64,000 nucleotides of DNA from Phoronis australis (GCA_002633005.1 NMRA01000013.1:893348-957347), one strand, 5' to 3'; numbered from the stretch's first letter, positions 11,260 to 25,469 are shown. Notes: generated from the letters alone by a model not told the origin. Made by a program: numbers and translations.

Positions 11260-12642
11260 ACATATTCACATTTTTTTTTGGGCCAAACACCCAAATTGAT
11301 GAATCTTAAGTAAGGTAATATCATTTTATCAAATGAATTCATGGCTGATAGGCCTTTGCTCTTCACTGAAGCTGACTTTATTAACGGCACTGACTTCAGT
11401 ACCTGTGATCCTTTTAAGTTTCTTGAGCGAGAGTTCAAATTAATTTTGGCGTAAACATAAGTACCAAGTATTTAAAACAGTTAACGATTTCCAGCTTAAT
11501 AGCAACAAAATGCCGTTTTTGTAGTTTCTTAGCTTGCTTCTATTGCGAAAAACGTTACCTTTGCTTTTAGAGGTTTGCTTTCAACCCCCAACCCTTACAA
11601 TAATCTGATAATAGACGGAGCTGCTGCTGCAGTATGCTGTTGTCTATGCGTTATGCCTGCACAATTTGCTAAACTGTCAGCGTACAATCATTTCATTACA
11701 TTACAAAACTCTTCGGAAAAGTATACATCCTGGCAATTACTGCCACAATACAGTTTAATTAATTAATTAGAATACGTTGTAAACAACAATGGGATAAGCG
11801 TGCTACCTTGTTAGTTACCAAGTGAACACTTGAACACATCAGTCGAACCTGATCTCGTGTTCGAACACAAAAATTTGAATTTTTATACATAGAAAATACC
11901 ACCTTCATTAACAAACGACACCACAAAAGATGATTATGGGGGAAATGTCAGAAGCTGAAAATATGAAAAACTGAAAAAAAATCGACGAAAACGCAGTAGA
12001 ATCGTTCACCCTCTCTAGAAATGTATTTCTCCGTCATTGATTTGAGAACAGATATTTGGTCAACCGTCGATCTTTTTTGACGATACCCGCATTGTTCCTC
12101 AAATAACTTTCAATTGTTGTGAGCCCATCGTGTAAGTTTGTAAACATCTTGCCGGTGACACTCAGTATAGAATTGCCTTTGTAATTATTTACGTCGGCGA
12201 TTGAACCTTTTTACGGAGCGGCATAATAATACCATTGCACCATTACTGAGGGTAATAGCCGGTGTTGAGGTAATTTTTGCGTAAAGTAGCAGAGTATTTA
12301 AAGCGTATTTTCAAATGCACTTAAAAGAGGTAACTGAAACACGCCGACCTTGAGTTCAACAAATGTTTGGCAGAAAATGGAGACAATTGCCGTTTGATGA
12401 TAAAATCACAAAAGCTAAACGGACGTTGTGTGTAAAAATTAACTTCAAGAAGCCCATCACATCCAAAAAGATTCCCAAATATTGCGTTTTTCGGCAACCA
12501 AATGAAACAATGACAACAAAACTTGCAGGCGATGCCAGAGCAGGTAAGAATATGCCGATATAACGAGAGACGAAAAAAGAACAGAGGAAAGAAGCATCAA
12601 ATATCAACCGATCTTCGGGAACGTAAGGCCGAACTTCGGGAA

Positions 12643-13800
12643 CACTAGCGTAGCGAGTTTTTTTCCGCCCGCCGGTTACAGAACCAAATGCACTCCTTGG
12701 TATGTCTTTACCAGAGAAAAACAAGATTATTTGAATCGTACGTACTGACTTCTATATATGAACTAAGATTTTTGTTATAAAACAAAATTAACAAAGAATA
12801 ATGTCTACACGTATTTTACGAGCCTTTTCCTCTGCGAATTTATCAATAATGTCTTGAAAATAAATAGGGTCAAATGCTTCTTTCTCAACCAATGTAATGA
12901 CAAAACTTTTAACTGTCTTTAATTTGCTGAAAGACCGTTTGAAAATTGCTCCAGAGACAGACTTGGTTAGCAATATCTGCAACACCGTTTTCAGGACTGG
13001 AAACAAATCCTTTCCATATTGTATAGTGGTCTTCATAAGCTCTTCTGATGTTGACTGACGAATTTCTGTGTGCTGTCTTTCCTTGAAAAGCAATCGGCAG
13101 TTGGCAATTTCTCCATGAAATAAGTTGCCCATCAAATGCGGCACCAAACTTGGCACAACGTACAGTACATTGAGTTCTGTGCTGCCAAACATTAGTGATT
13201 GGACGCCCAATGGAAAGCCGAAACGGGAGTTCAGTGTTTGAATCCAATTACTGCGTCATTGAAGTTCAGTTGTCAAAGTGTTAACCACAAAAAGTTTTCA
13301 CCTCTCTGATGATTTCATATGCAATGGATAGTCCCATCTGACGCGTCCCCACCGGGCATGTTTTGCTTTCGCCTCACACGTCACCCTGTTGTATCTGCCA
13401 ATATATTCTTCCGCCACTCGCAGCCGGTCTTGAAGACAATTTTCACGAACACCATCTCGTTCGCCAATGAAGAGTTGGTGCATTGAGTAAGCAGCTGATT
13501 CTCGGAGATTTACGTTTGGTGATTACAACCGTTTTTGAACAACGTTGATATGCTGCAGTATTTGGCTCCAGAAGAACACAAATCACACAATATCAAACGC
13601 GTGATGGCATTTCAACAACTTACCGGCTTTAGCCCTTGCGTCCCGAGCTTACTGAAACTCGTTGTTATTTATGGGCTGACGAAGGGTCTCCAAATGAAGT
13701 CACAACGGACTTCACAGCTGCTTCTCTCGCACTCTACCGCGTGTCCTGTTCTGTGTTTACTGTCAAAGTTTTTCAGAATAAATAGCTGAGGGACATGGCG
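12643..13800 (-). pseudogene. Decayed hAT-superfamily (ZMYM1-like) transposase with probable terminal repeat at 12643
   Basis: Minus ORF 12788-13210 ends in a hAT C-terminal dimerisation motif (DLFPVLKTVLQILLTKSVSGAIFKRSFSKLKTVKS...IIDKFAEEKARK). Upstream frames give RVRRKQNMPG and TLNSRFGF among stops and frameshifts. CACTAGCGTAGCGAG at 12643 resembles a hAT TIR. Confidence 0.8.
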
Positions 13801-15371
13801 GTGGAGGAATGAGATAGGTATCACCAGGCTAGGGGAGCGTCGTATAAGTAGTTGTAGTTGGATGGGAGAATTAAAAGGCTGGAGCTTTAGGGACGAGATC
13901 CGTTTTCATTTAGTGCTGGGTTCGCAATTAATTTATGTTTAGAAAATACATTTCCCTTTAAAAACAAAGTCAAATCAACGTTGCAACGAATTCCAACATT
14001 CTAAAATTCATCAAGTATGTTCTTTTTGGATTGTCGAAACCACAAGTGTCAGTTCTTATCTAATTTTTATATAACAGCAACCCTGATTTTTTATCGAAAT
14101 TTTAGGGTTTATTTTGATTTTGTTGAATTAAAAAATTCACAATTTACCGAGCAACATAAAAGTCGTGTTATGCGAATTGTCTGTCCGCTTTCTTAAAGGA
14201 GAAAACAGACGTGAAAACTTCCTTCACGAAGAACCATAACGAGGCTCTCGTGCTTTTAGCTCAGGTGTTTGGTGCAATGGGCGCAACCACGAGGCCTGCG
14301 CGCGTCTGATGCACCGCAAATGACGTCAGGCCACCTGCAGTGTTTTTGTATGCGAATTGTTAAAACGTTCTTAACAAAGGAGGTATCTGAATGTTGGCAG
14401 TATACTTTCGTTCAATTAAGTGGTGTTAAACACACCATCTGCAGCTCGGATTCAAACACTGAGCTATGGAAATCTACAAGCTCTGCAAGTTTGTAGTTTT
14501 TCACATTTTTACGGCAATACTTTTTCGCGCCACTTGTTTATGGTTTATCTCCTCTGTCAGTGACGGATGTTCCGATCGACGATCCAAGATTAAAGGTATA
14601 TTATAGGTATTTTTGTTCGGTTTCGCGATGAACATCGGGTAGCTGTAACATCGTGTGCCCATGCCAAGAGCGTGAGTTGTTTCGACTGTATGGAAGGATT
14701 ATGGGAAAGTTCTAATCCTAAGAAGCTAATTGCTGAAATAAACGGCATGAAAAATCCGGAATTGAGCCTTTATAACCATCTTGTCTAAGTTTAATGATTT
14801 GTTTGGAAAACAAAGTACTTAGAAATTAAACCTTCATGAAAGATTTCTCAGTAAATGTGTTGTTAAATTAATTGGCGACATTTTCAATTTGCAGAAAAGT
14901 CAAATTAAAAAAAATCCATGGTTACTGTTGAAACACAGGGACTTTTTACTTTTACAAGATATATAGTTTGTAATATCAAAAACACCAAAAAAAAAAAAAA
15001 AAAAAATTCATCCCAAGGAAGTGGTCACAGAATTCAGTTGTTTATTTGCCTCCTGTAGATCACGGCGTAAGGTAAATACTCACAAGTTTCATTTCCTGTC
15101 AACTGACGTACGTACTACCTCGAGATAATGCTGTTTTTTTCAATGGCGTTCGTAAGAGTTCTTCATATTGAAAAGTGGCGGTGAGTGGTGAAGGAAATAC
15201 ATATTTTAAGAACGACTTGTGTAATGGGATACTTGTGTATGGTGAAGGAGGAAGGCCGGTAACTCGTAACCATTGGAAAACTGAATGGTTCAATTTTCCA
15301 CCAATAGACGGCCCTAGCGCATAGTGCGCCATCTCTCGCCAACTAACAAAGCTTGTAACAGTGCAAGAAAC

Positions 15372-15454
15372 ATGGGAGTTCGATGTTGGGTGTGTGTTTA
15401 TGTTCTCCTCATTTTACCTGGGCATTTACACACCTTGAAGTTCGAGTTTAGCAG
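15372..15454 (+). CDS. Putative first coding exon (signal peptide) of the alpha2/delta-family gene
   Basis: AACATGG start context; MGVRCWVCVYVLLILPGHLHTLKFEFS is a hydrophobic signal-peptide-like segment. Donor CAG|GTAAGC is phase 2, matching the phase-2 acceptor at 54001. CCAAT at 15301 upstream. Linkage over 38.5 kb is inferred. Confidence 0.65.
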
Positions 15455-16350
15455 GTAAGCCTCTAAGCTGATTGCATGTGATGTAAAGAAGTAAATTTGA
15501 GCTTTTAACCAAGTCGATTTAATTAAATTAACGTTTCTTTTACCCGTAACCTAATCCTCAAAGTTTTGCAAGTTTGACAACCATGACCATGTCGGAGCTA
15601 AAGTTAACGATTTGGGCACAGTGATTGTCTTCTAGACTTTATGTTGTAGTTGCGTAGTCTATCATATGTAGCACCAAAGTAGCGAGGGTCGATCTATGAC
15701 CACGAACTGTTTGTAGTGTTGCTCACTGCACCAAATTCGAAGCAATGCGAATGGACTCATGCTCCCCGACTAGCCTGGCTAGCTGTATTCAACTTCAAGA
15801 CTAAGGTCAAGATGCTAATGGCAAAAGTGGAGTAAAGGGGTCCCTCTTGAAAATGACTGTTGAGAACCAGTTTTCACTAAATAACAGTAATATCCGTTAT
15901 TCAGTGAAACTGGTTATTTGGTCAGTTTTTTTAACCCACATCGGCCCAATGTTGTATAGTTTACAGAGCTCTCTGCTCCAAGCATACAAACAGAAACCAG
16001 ACATGGGAGAACAATGACACAATGTGTGTCATGAGTTTTTGTTTGAGAACTGTTAGTGACTGTTTACTGACCGTTTAGTGGCAGACCTGTTTTGATTTCG
16101 CCCCATTCTTTACATTGGTGACCACTTGTTTAGCAGCATTACAGGAAGAAAATTGCACCATTCGTTGTTTAATCACCGTATGCACAAATATTTATTTTGT
16201 AACTAAACATGAGCAACAAACTCCACAGACACTCTCCATGATTGAATCAGAAATGGGAAGTTGTGCTTTTGTCAGCGACTCGTCCATTTATGTTAAAGCT
16301 CTGTAAGTCCGCTTTTCGTCTAAAAAGTAAATTTGAATTTGAGCACTTAT

Positions 16351-16513
16351 TGGTGGCGGATTTAGAGGGGGCAGGGGGCAAGAGTTTCATGGCCCCTCCT
16401 AAAATTCTCCCAGTTCCCATTTGGCAGTTGGGGGTGCAAATGTCTGACGGGCAAAATCCTGGCTAGTACTCTGCCCTGGCCCCCTCTAACTCAAAATACT
16501 GGATCCGCCCCTG
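16351..16513 (+). mobile_element. Short hAT-like MITE with 5-bp TSD
   Basis: TGGTGGCGGATTTAG ... CTGGATCCGCCCCTG, flanked by CTTAT on both sides. Homologous to 49941-50086. Confidence 0.7.
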
Positions 16514-17085
16514 CTTATTATAATTATAATTATATATGATTTCTGGTTTTGAAAAGAACTGTCAGTTTGTTACTCCTTGACACACTATGACAAGCCAACT
16601 TGTCGACCTTGTTCTCAATTGCAACGAACTTTCAATTCTCTTGAAGCCCGGAAATCACCTTCAATTTGACTAAGTAAGAAACAACTTGAGACCAATTTCA
16701 TAGTGGTAAGTGGCCTTTAATCCAAAGTCCATTTTTGTTGTGGAAGGCAGGTTTGTAGCCACCTTAAATATTTTGTAGCAGTAGCAGCAATGGTGAGCTC
16801 AATCATACAATCGTTAATAAGGAATCAATACAGCAACAGTCAAACAGTGTCTAACCACACAGCTCCATTAAATAAATCTTCTCTTGAAGTGTAATTCACA
16901 GCCAAGTGCAAAGCTACTGAGTAGCTTCGATAATATCCGATGAGACAGGCATTCTATCACAGACACTCACTGGTCTTAAATTGGTCTGCTGTAGGAAACT
17001 ATAGGCAACAAAGATATTGTTTTAGAAGAAAGGGTTTTATCTAGGCTGCATCTCTTGGTTGGTTTTATGGTTCTTACCTCCCATG

Positions 17086-17360
17086 CATGCGTGCACCCAG
17101 CCTAAAATATAGGGGGGGGGCTCGAATTTTTTGGTATGCGGACCTTTTACTGAAAAAAATCAACAAGGACTAAAAAAAAACGTGCGTCCAGGTTCAGGCC
17201 TACGAATTGTGCATCCACGCAGAATTCCTGTGGACTTTGTGGACTTTGTGTCTCTTTTACTCAGACTTTTTGTTTCGCTGAGGCAGACCTTTCTTGCCCA
17301 ATTCGCCAAATTTGGGGGCTCATTTGAGCTCTCCCTGAGACCCTCCTGAGTGCGCCCATG
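17086..17360 (-). mobile_element. hAT-like MITE, inverted copy of 10974-11259
   Basis: Ends CATGCGTGCACCCAG and CTGAGTGCGCCCATG, flanked by CCATG on both sides. Confidence 0.7.
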
Positions 17361-17422
17361 CCATGTTAGGTCTAGTGAACCTGAGTTTGGGATTAAAAAG
17401 TGTTTAGTTTTAAAAAAGCTTG

Positions 17423-17757
17423 TGTGATATGTGGTGACAGTGGTGTGTCCGGCAATAATCACTTACGGAGGTACTTGGAGGTTGAGAACCAGTTTGACGC
17501 CTGTTCTTCAATGGATAAAACTGGTTCTCTTGAAGCGTTGTACCCCTGTATGTGACTATTACCGTTGTGTCATAATTTTGTTGTGTTAATCTTGTTGTAA
17601 ATTAACGTTTTGTCTTTGAAGATGTGGATTCATGGACTGCTGTCAGTCGAGTGCTAAATAAAAGACAAAAACCATATTTTGTTCTGTTCTGTGCCGTGAC
17701 TCATTTTGAAACCTGCGGCTCTGTTGCTTAATAGAGAAAAAGGACCTACCAACATCA
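17423..17757 (+). mobile_element. Possible degenerate solo LTR
   Basis: TGTGATATGTGGT start and ACCAACATCA end form an imperfect inverted TG..CA pair. Internal AATAAA at ~17657. Flanks CTTG/CTTT. Confidence 0.35.
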
Positions 17758-19853
17758 CTTTTACTAAAGTTCTTGATAATTTTTTTTTCAAAAGCTACAC
17801 AAACATATTAAGTTCGAAAGTTTTAATGAAGTGACTGAACTTAGTCAGAATCACCGCCTTAATTACCTTTGACATGCTGTCAGTCAAGTTCATGCTCATT
17901 GAGGAGAAAGCAGTTATTTTTGGTGTTGCTTCAAACTGCAAACTGTGATTCAGAATTTTAGACTGATTTTGAAGCAAATTGTTGGTCACCTAGATTCAAC
18001 TAATAATTGCGTGTAACATTACTGAAGTGATTTTTTGCTGTTTCGTGAAGCTTGTTTATATATACATTAATATTTTCACTTATGCAAATACAATAATGAT
18101 TGGCACAGACATGATTCAGGAAACTGACTACATTGTTTCGGGGAAGCTGAATGCCTATTAAAAGGACAGAGTCGTTTTTACGGCTGAAAAATGCAATTTT
18201 ATGATCATTGTTTAGTGTGACTTTTCAAGCTTTGACCAGAGCTACAGAACAATAAAATCCGTTGATTTTATTAGTTTATTACACATCGACAGTTGTCGCA
18301 GGTTGTGTGCCAGACATTTGCTGAAATCAGTGTCGGTCTCAGACTTAACCAGTTCAGTACGCCTAAAATACTCAGGCATATAGGCAGTGGAATTTACCGT
18401 AGCCAGCGGATTGTGTGGCAGACAACCCAAGAATTTAAGGCTCTATTCTGCACTGGTGCTGATCTCAGATCGGGCTAGAAAAATTGCTGGCCAAAACACC
18501 GTTTTGGTATTCTACCTGGGTTGTGAATGAGGGTGTGCAAGACAGCGGGCAATGGTGCCCCCTGGTTGAGACACTCCACTCTCAAGTCAAACCTGTATAT
18601 ATATGTTTCCTTGTAATTTGATACCGATCACATTGTGGTCTATTTATAATTTTCCATGAACCAATCTTTTCCATTGATTGATAATCATGATCTCTCAGCT
18701 CAGCATCTTGGTTAAAATTTTGTAGTGTCATCCATGTAGGTGAAATTGCCAGGTAGTTCCAGCAACTGGTTTAAAAATTTTGTTACAATAGGATTTTCAC
18801 TTATCGAGTTGATAATGGTACAGTGTTGTCGACTGGGCTGATGTGGATTTCAGTGTAGACTAGTACATGGACCGCCAACTCCGTATATTTTCAATGGAGG
18901 AAATTGTGTGATCTTACGCCCAAGCTGTGTCGTCACTATTCATTAGCGACACATGGCAAAATTAGCTAGTTTTACTTGCAACTAGTACGCCGTCAGCTAA
19001 TCATGGTCAGTTGTGTGGTCAGGTTGCCAAAAGCACAATATCAACAGTTCTACTACAGGAAGACTTTGAACAGCATTTCAATGCTGAAATTTTTTTTTTC
19101 GTTGGTCAGTAAAATAGATGCACTGAGAATTTCCCGTCACAATACACTAACCAGAAACTGAAATTGATAATTTAGGAGAGTGGCGCCTCCTCTAGGATAC
19201 TACGCCAGAAAATGTTTGAGTTGCGAATCTGTTGTCTATAATCTACAATGTCAGTACTAGTACCTTCCATTAACATGTGATTGTACACATGCCATTGCCA
19301 ACTCTTCATAATAAAACTGATATTATATTAGCTGTGTTCATACCAAGTAAACCCAGTTGTAATGGCCACTATGGTTGTAACTCACTGCTATGGAATCCTT
19401 AGGATTTGACAGTTAAAACTGTTGTGACATTAGTTTGATGTGGTTTCACCTGCTAGTTGTCAGTCCTATCACTATAAATCGGATTCGCCCCAGATTCGCC
19501 CCAGTTACCCTGTCGTAGGGTTATAACTGTGCTACAGTTTCAACTTTAAAACAAGCTTAAGTGTTCAGATCGAGAGTTATAACCCTTAAATTAGTTTTAA
19601 AGTTATTACTGTGTAAACCGTATATGTGTATTTTCATAAAATGTGGAAAGATACTGGCTTCTTATGCAAGGCTTAGAGCTTTTCAAATTGGAGACTTTTG
19701 GATAACATGGCAAGAGTTCTGTGACTCGGGGGGGGGGGGGNCATGCTTGAGATTTCTAAACATGGCATATTATTTTTCAAACACGGCGCGAGATTTCCAG
19801 TCGTCGTATACATGTTTTGAAAACAGAGCTCAATATTTCTAAAAACGTCCGAG

Positions 19854-20860
19854 CAGGCCTTCATGCAGCGTACGTCCTGGGCGTCCATTTGGACGCCCTA
19901 GCACTAATGTAGACGCCCTGGCAAGGACGCCCAATGTATCATTTGGACGCCCTGTCAATCAGAGTTTCTCCAGTTTGGACACCCACATTGAAAGATTACT
20001 AAGACTCCCAGTTAATCAAAGCGGGAAGTTGGTCCTTTCAACTGGGAAAGAAATATACAAAGTATTTAAAATGTTGCAATATTCAAACTATCTTCAAACT
20101 ATTTGGTAGACCTGTCAATCATTAGCACGTGGTTGGTTGCCAGAGTGTCTGCTTTCAATAGACTCACATGCCACTGCCATTCTGTACTTTATATAGGGAC
20201 ATGGACCTTGCTTAACTCCAAACTGGTGTTTCAGAGGTGTAATTTCATGTACTTCATCTTTTTTTAAAAATACCAAAAGCAAAATAAATGTCATTATTTT
20301 AATGATATGATGTGCCGCAAGAATATCCCCATTTAAAATGTTTGAGTTTTCGCCTGTTTCATGCTTTTCTATGTGCGTCTAAAATGGAGCTGCAGTGACA
20401 CCTGTTGTCAAAATATAAACCACACATCATCTGTGCATTTTTCTTTTGTTGGTAACTGCAGCTTTGATGACTCATTGTACAGAATATAAAGCTAGTGAAG
20501 TTGATATAATAAACTTTATAACAGAATTTGACTTGAGATGACCAAAAACAGTGCACTCATCGTTCAACCAATATCTGTAATATCTGTAATACCCGTTTGG
20601 TAAGCTGTTTGGCTGTTTTCGTAAATTTAAACATAAAAGTCTTGATCAACAGTTTTTTAGTACTTAAAAAAGCCCAATACAAGGGAGCTGTTTTTGTAAA
20701 CTTAGGTGTAAAAGCCTTGTTCAACGCATTTTTTAATTGTAAAAAACCTCACTGTGTGTGTTGGGGAGGGGGGTAATGCCGCGTTGGAATCATGGACGCC
20801 CTGGAATATTGGGAACCCCATTTTGGACACCCTATGTTAGAAATCCTAGATGAAGCCCTG
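19854..20860 (+). mobile_element. Non-autonomous hAT element with 8-bp TSD
   Basis: TIRs CAGGCCTTCATGCAG ... CTAGATGAAGCCCTG; perfect TSD CGTCCGAG; repeated subterminal GGACGCCC motifs. Shorter copy at 45746-46217. Confidence 0.85.
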
Positions 20861-22399
20861 CGTCCGAGGCCTTTTCAAACTGATTATTAACTACTAAGGG
20901 AAGACCAATTTGAAATGAATGCAAGAAAAATACTGTCCATTCTCCTCACTGCATTTAACATAACCTCATGAAGAGGAAAGAAACATAAGTTTCCCAAGCA
21001 TCAATCCCATACTGCTGACAAGTCTGAAGCTTTGGGAAAGAAACAAAGATGCCCTGAAAGCAAAACGATAGGTCTGAGGTGAGAGCTTCAGCTGAATTAC
21101 CTTCTGCTTATTAATACATAGCTCTTGTCTGGGTAATTTTGCACTGCACAGATACTGGCCAAGGTCATCATTCAGATGTCTGTGCTGTTAATAGCATGAT
21201 GCTCAATGCCTTTTTATTGGAAGTTGTTATTGGTTTTTCCAGTGCTTATTGAGTGTGACAGTAATTGAAAGATGATTAAATTCATGTAGTCGTAATTTAA
21301 ATGGTCAACATTGCAGCAACTTAAGGCCCTTTCATACTAACGTCAATGTGCTGATGTTTGGGGAGTTGCCGTCAGTATGAACGGTTAACTTCGATCCTGA
21401 ATGACGCCAGTTAATTTCGCAGTAAACAGGTGGATGTGTTAGTGGAGTGTCGATGGTGCGTTGCAGTGTGAGCAGTCAACTTTGGTCCCATCGGAGTTAT
21501 CACCAAGTGGCACTGTTATCGCTAATTTTCCTGTTATTTTGGACAAAAATAATTGCCAAAATTGTTGTTTTTTCATTTTAGTGATAGACACATTTTTCTG
21601 TCGCTTTATCTATGTGGAGAATTTTGATGAAATAGAATTTCACTTGTTGGTCATATTTTGCGGCAGTAGCTAAACATTGGCATATTTGCAGATGAGTAGT
21701 ATGTCAGGTGAGAATAACTCCACTGATTCACAGTCTCTAAATTTACCAATAATTGATGATTGGATTGAAACCATTAACAAGGATGTGGTCATCAGATTGT
21801 GAAATGTAATAAAAAGCACATTCATGAGTCACGTTTTGTACCTCACGCTCTTCAGTGGTTATCACTGCTAATCACAGTAAATTCTCTCCCATATACAACA
21901 CAATGTGGCTTGCAAGGGAAATTTTATTTCTTCTTTAATAGTTTTTGTAAATGATACATAGCACCGAATTGATGCTTATCATTTTTAAGCTCTTGCTTTA
22001 GCTACTGTCAAACATGATTTTGAGAAATGTGGACATTCACAACAATGTAAGAAACACTTGAGAATCAAAAAGGAATAATTTTGGCAACTGTCTTTTGTTC
22101 AAAATTGATGATATTTTACGATACATGGATAATTTTAGGAGCGCACTCCGCATCATTGGTGCAAAAATAATTTCATTGGCGCTCTGTGATTGCTTAACTC
22201 TGGCCAATGAGCCCATTAAAAATGGAAGCAAAAAAGAACAAAAAACTAAATAGGTCTCAAGACAGTCTTCCAAATTTTTGCCTTAGACTTGGGGCTGTAT
22301 GGGTCACCCATATCCACCATTTTCTAAAATGCTCTGTTGTAGAATTAGTTTGTTGTAGCAAAACTGGCCAGAGATTAGAAATGACTTCCTTCAGCTGTA

Positions 22400-22812
22400 A
22401 CCATGTAATTTTCCACTCAAAACTAGAAGTGTTTAGTTTAAAATGGCTAGATTTAAAACATTGTATCTCAGAAATGGCCGAATGAATTCGCAATTATAAA
22501 ACTTTCAGGTATCAAGTTTTATATGCTGTTTTGTTCTTCAAAGTGCTGTCAGAAATCGTTTTTAAGTTGTTCAACTTTTGCATGAAGGAGTATAAAATAG
22601 GACTTTTATGATATTCGTGAATAACTAAAGCACTATAAAATGAAAATGAAATTGTAATTTAAAAAACAGTGACAGCGTCTTTGAGATTTCATCTTGAACA
22701 TTTATATCAAAAGAAATCTGATCATGTTATTGATACCAGTGTTTTGCAGCGATCAATGTGCCTTTCTTTTTCCATTAAAATTGCTCTTAAAGGACATGGT
22801 CACATGACACAA
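22400..22812 (+). repeat. Interspersed repeat (DNA-transposon-like), second copy at ~61005-61352
   Basis: Shared blocks TCTCAGAAATGGC..AAACTTTCAGGTA, GGACTTTTAT, CATCTTGAACATTTATATCAAA, CATGTTATTGATACCA and AAGGACATGGTCAC / AAAGACATGGTCAC. Confidence 0.6.
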
Positions 22813-23888
22813 GCAATGCCAGATTGGCAAAAAAGTTAATAACAAATTCTACAGGCTTTCTACTTTCAGACAATATGTACTTTTACCAAGTTAAAATCTG
22901 TAGTTTTATAGATACTAATCACTAAGATTTGTCAACTAAGTCCTTAACAGGAGGCTGTATGTAAACTGAATGACACTTTTGGAGGTCAAACCAATATGAT
23001 TTAAAGGTGTAATAGGGAAAGCCCTCATCACCGTGTGGAATCCAGCTTATAAAATATTGTCATCAATATGATGCAGGTGAATAAATAGCCAGCTTATAAA
23101 CACATCTTGTGTCTGATCAGGCATGAGCTCTTCACAAATTGGTCATTTCAACTTTAATACGTCATCAAGAGATGATGCATGTGAGATCTCACATTTCCTT
23201 GCCAATGCATACCTTCTTAGTCATTCAAAAGGATACAAACCCTGGTAATTTAGTCTTTCCTACTTTCGATCGTTAGGAGAGTTGTGTCCAGTATGAAAGG
23301 TTAACTTCGGTCATTGATCAAAGTTAACAGCGTCGTTAACTTCACAGTAAACAGGTGGATTAAACAGCAGACCGTCGACGCTGATGTTCAGTATGAATGG
23401 TCAACTTCGGTCCCATCGAAGTTATCGCCAGGGCCACTATTATCATCAACAATTAAAGGGCATTGTCTTTACTAATAGTTGCTTATATTTTGCCTGAATA
23501 ATCACCAATCGAATTAGAAATAAGTTTTTTATGCCAACTAGCTCATGTAAATGTTCCCAAATTGTCACATTAAAAAATCTTAGCGTGCACGCGATGCATC
23601 CGCGCTGCCTTACAATTACTTCGATGACGTCACATGCCGTTTATTTCAATGTGCGTTAACTACCGCAGCTGGTATCGCGGTTCAGTTAACTTCCCAGTTT
23701 GTGTTGACGCTCTGTTCACACCGGAGTTAAGTCAGTGTGAAAGGTCCTGATAATAATGACTTTTCCACCCAGCTCTCTAAGACGAAATAGCGTTCTGTGT
23801 CTGTTCATGAAGCCTCAAATATTAAGTGTCAAGTTTTGAAAACTCCGTACAGCATCTGCTAAAAGGGCAAGCATGACCTACGCTTTAA

Positions 23889-25469
23889 AGGAGCATGCTA
23901 CCCAAAAAACAACCTATTAATTCTACTCGATAATGGCACGTTCGGTTGCGTTACCTTTAACCTGACGGCAGACGGAGGTGTTGAAATTATCCAGTGACGT
24001 CATTTGGTTTCACACGCAGTCTGTTCAGCAGTTTACAACACAGGTTACTGGTGTCAGCTTATCGCTTGTATTCATCGTTGAACACCAATAAATCATCAAA
24101 TTTCGATATAAAACCCCTAAAAATACACCGAGTTCTTACAAAAACATGTTGTTTTATTTCACTGTTACGGATTTATTGGTATTTGGACACACCATAGCCC
24201 ACAAAGTTCGGCAGGCCAATTTACCAAGGTCCGTAGCAGAAGTTTGGGGTCTGTTCGGAGATAAATTCGAAGTATTCTTCCGTGAAATACAGACAAGAGA
24301 ACCTAGATCTGTCTTGTTTAGACTTGTGATTTTTTGAGTTCTAAACATACAAAGCGCTTGTTATCCCGGCCAGTGGCTCGGAACCCGATCAGGCCCGTCG
24401 CGGGCAGACTGAAGACAAAATGAAAATAAACCAGCCAAAGTTGGAAACTAAACTTCCAGTCAAGAAAATACTATACTAGTGAGCCAAAGAAGTAATGTGC
24501 ATGTGATTATGTTGGTGAATTAGCCATGCAAATATGCTTACTCATCGGACGCCGCGAATTCAGGTTCCCCTTTGGCCACAGAACCGTCAGGGCAGAAGTT
24601 GTACATTGACAGTCATTATTTGAATAATGTATATGCAAATAAAGATTCCCCTAACACCTGGCCGGGGGGGGGGGGGNGCATGCGCTCACACCATCTCGGT
24701 TCCCGGTCAATTACCTTTATTGCCGCCATCAAAAGCCGGTAACGTCATCAAATGCCGGTAACGCAGTGGTTTATTCATTGCTGGCTTCGCAACATTTGCA
24801 CTCACGAATACTGCAAAGGCATTACAAATTGTATTCAATGAGACAGACTTTATTTTAATTTCATATAAGCATTGGTTAGGGCGGGAATATTTCACTTTGA
24901 AACAGAACGCAGAACGTCTACAGAATCCCGACTTCTAGACGAGTGTTCATCCGATGAACACTTCGCAGGTTGATTGTTAAGTTTCACAGGCTATCAGTTC
25001 GAACCAGAATACACCGATCAAGAAATACTACAGAGGCGCCGTGAACACGCACAGACAACGGAACGTATGGATAGTTTTTGGTAAGCCAGCATTCGTCAGA
25101 CTCACTGTCGGTGACTGCCTGCCACAGACACGGAGATGTTTCACGGCCTCATACTTGCTATTAAGAGCGTACTTTTCATTCTTCACTACCGCGAGCCACC
25201 TCCTAAGCATTTCGAACTCTCGAGGAAGTCGAAAAAACGTACCCGCTTTCCTCGCAGCTGCATAGTTCGGACAAGCGCGAACGATGCACCGCAATATAGC
25301 GGCATTCACTCTGCAAATGAACCACTGATGTCGCTACGTCGTTTCTCACCTTCCTCACAGGCTAACGCGACACCTCTCGGCAAGGTAAGGTCAACCGTAT
25401 GCGAGGCGTTGTGGATATAGACCGATTAAGATGGTAAAAAAGACTAATCAAATCAGGTGGCATTCTATA
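23889..25469 (-). mobile_element. Non-autonomous Kolobok-type element (third copy) with TTAA TSD and THAP remnant
   Basis: TTAA at 23885-23888 and 25470-25473. Ends AGGAGCATGCTACCC and CAGGTGGCATTCTATA. Minus ORF 25028-25309 has CIVRACPNY...FFRLP...WLAVVKN...LRVC (THAP, His lost); + strand has SFTGYQFEPEYTDQEIL. Confidence 0.85.

Noticed and set aside
19727-19741. G runs ending in a single n (also 24665-24678) as G-quadruplex or junction signals
   Set aside because: Most likely assembly breaks at homopolymers, so adjacent apparent deletions are unreliable.
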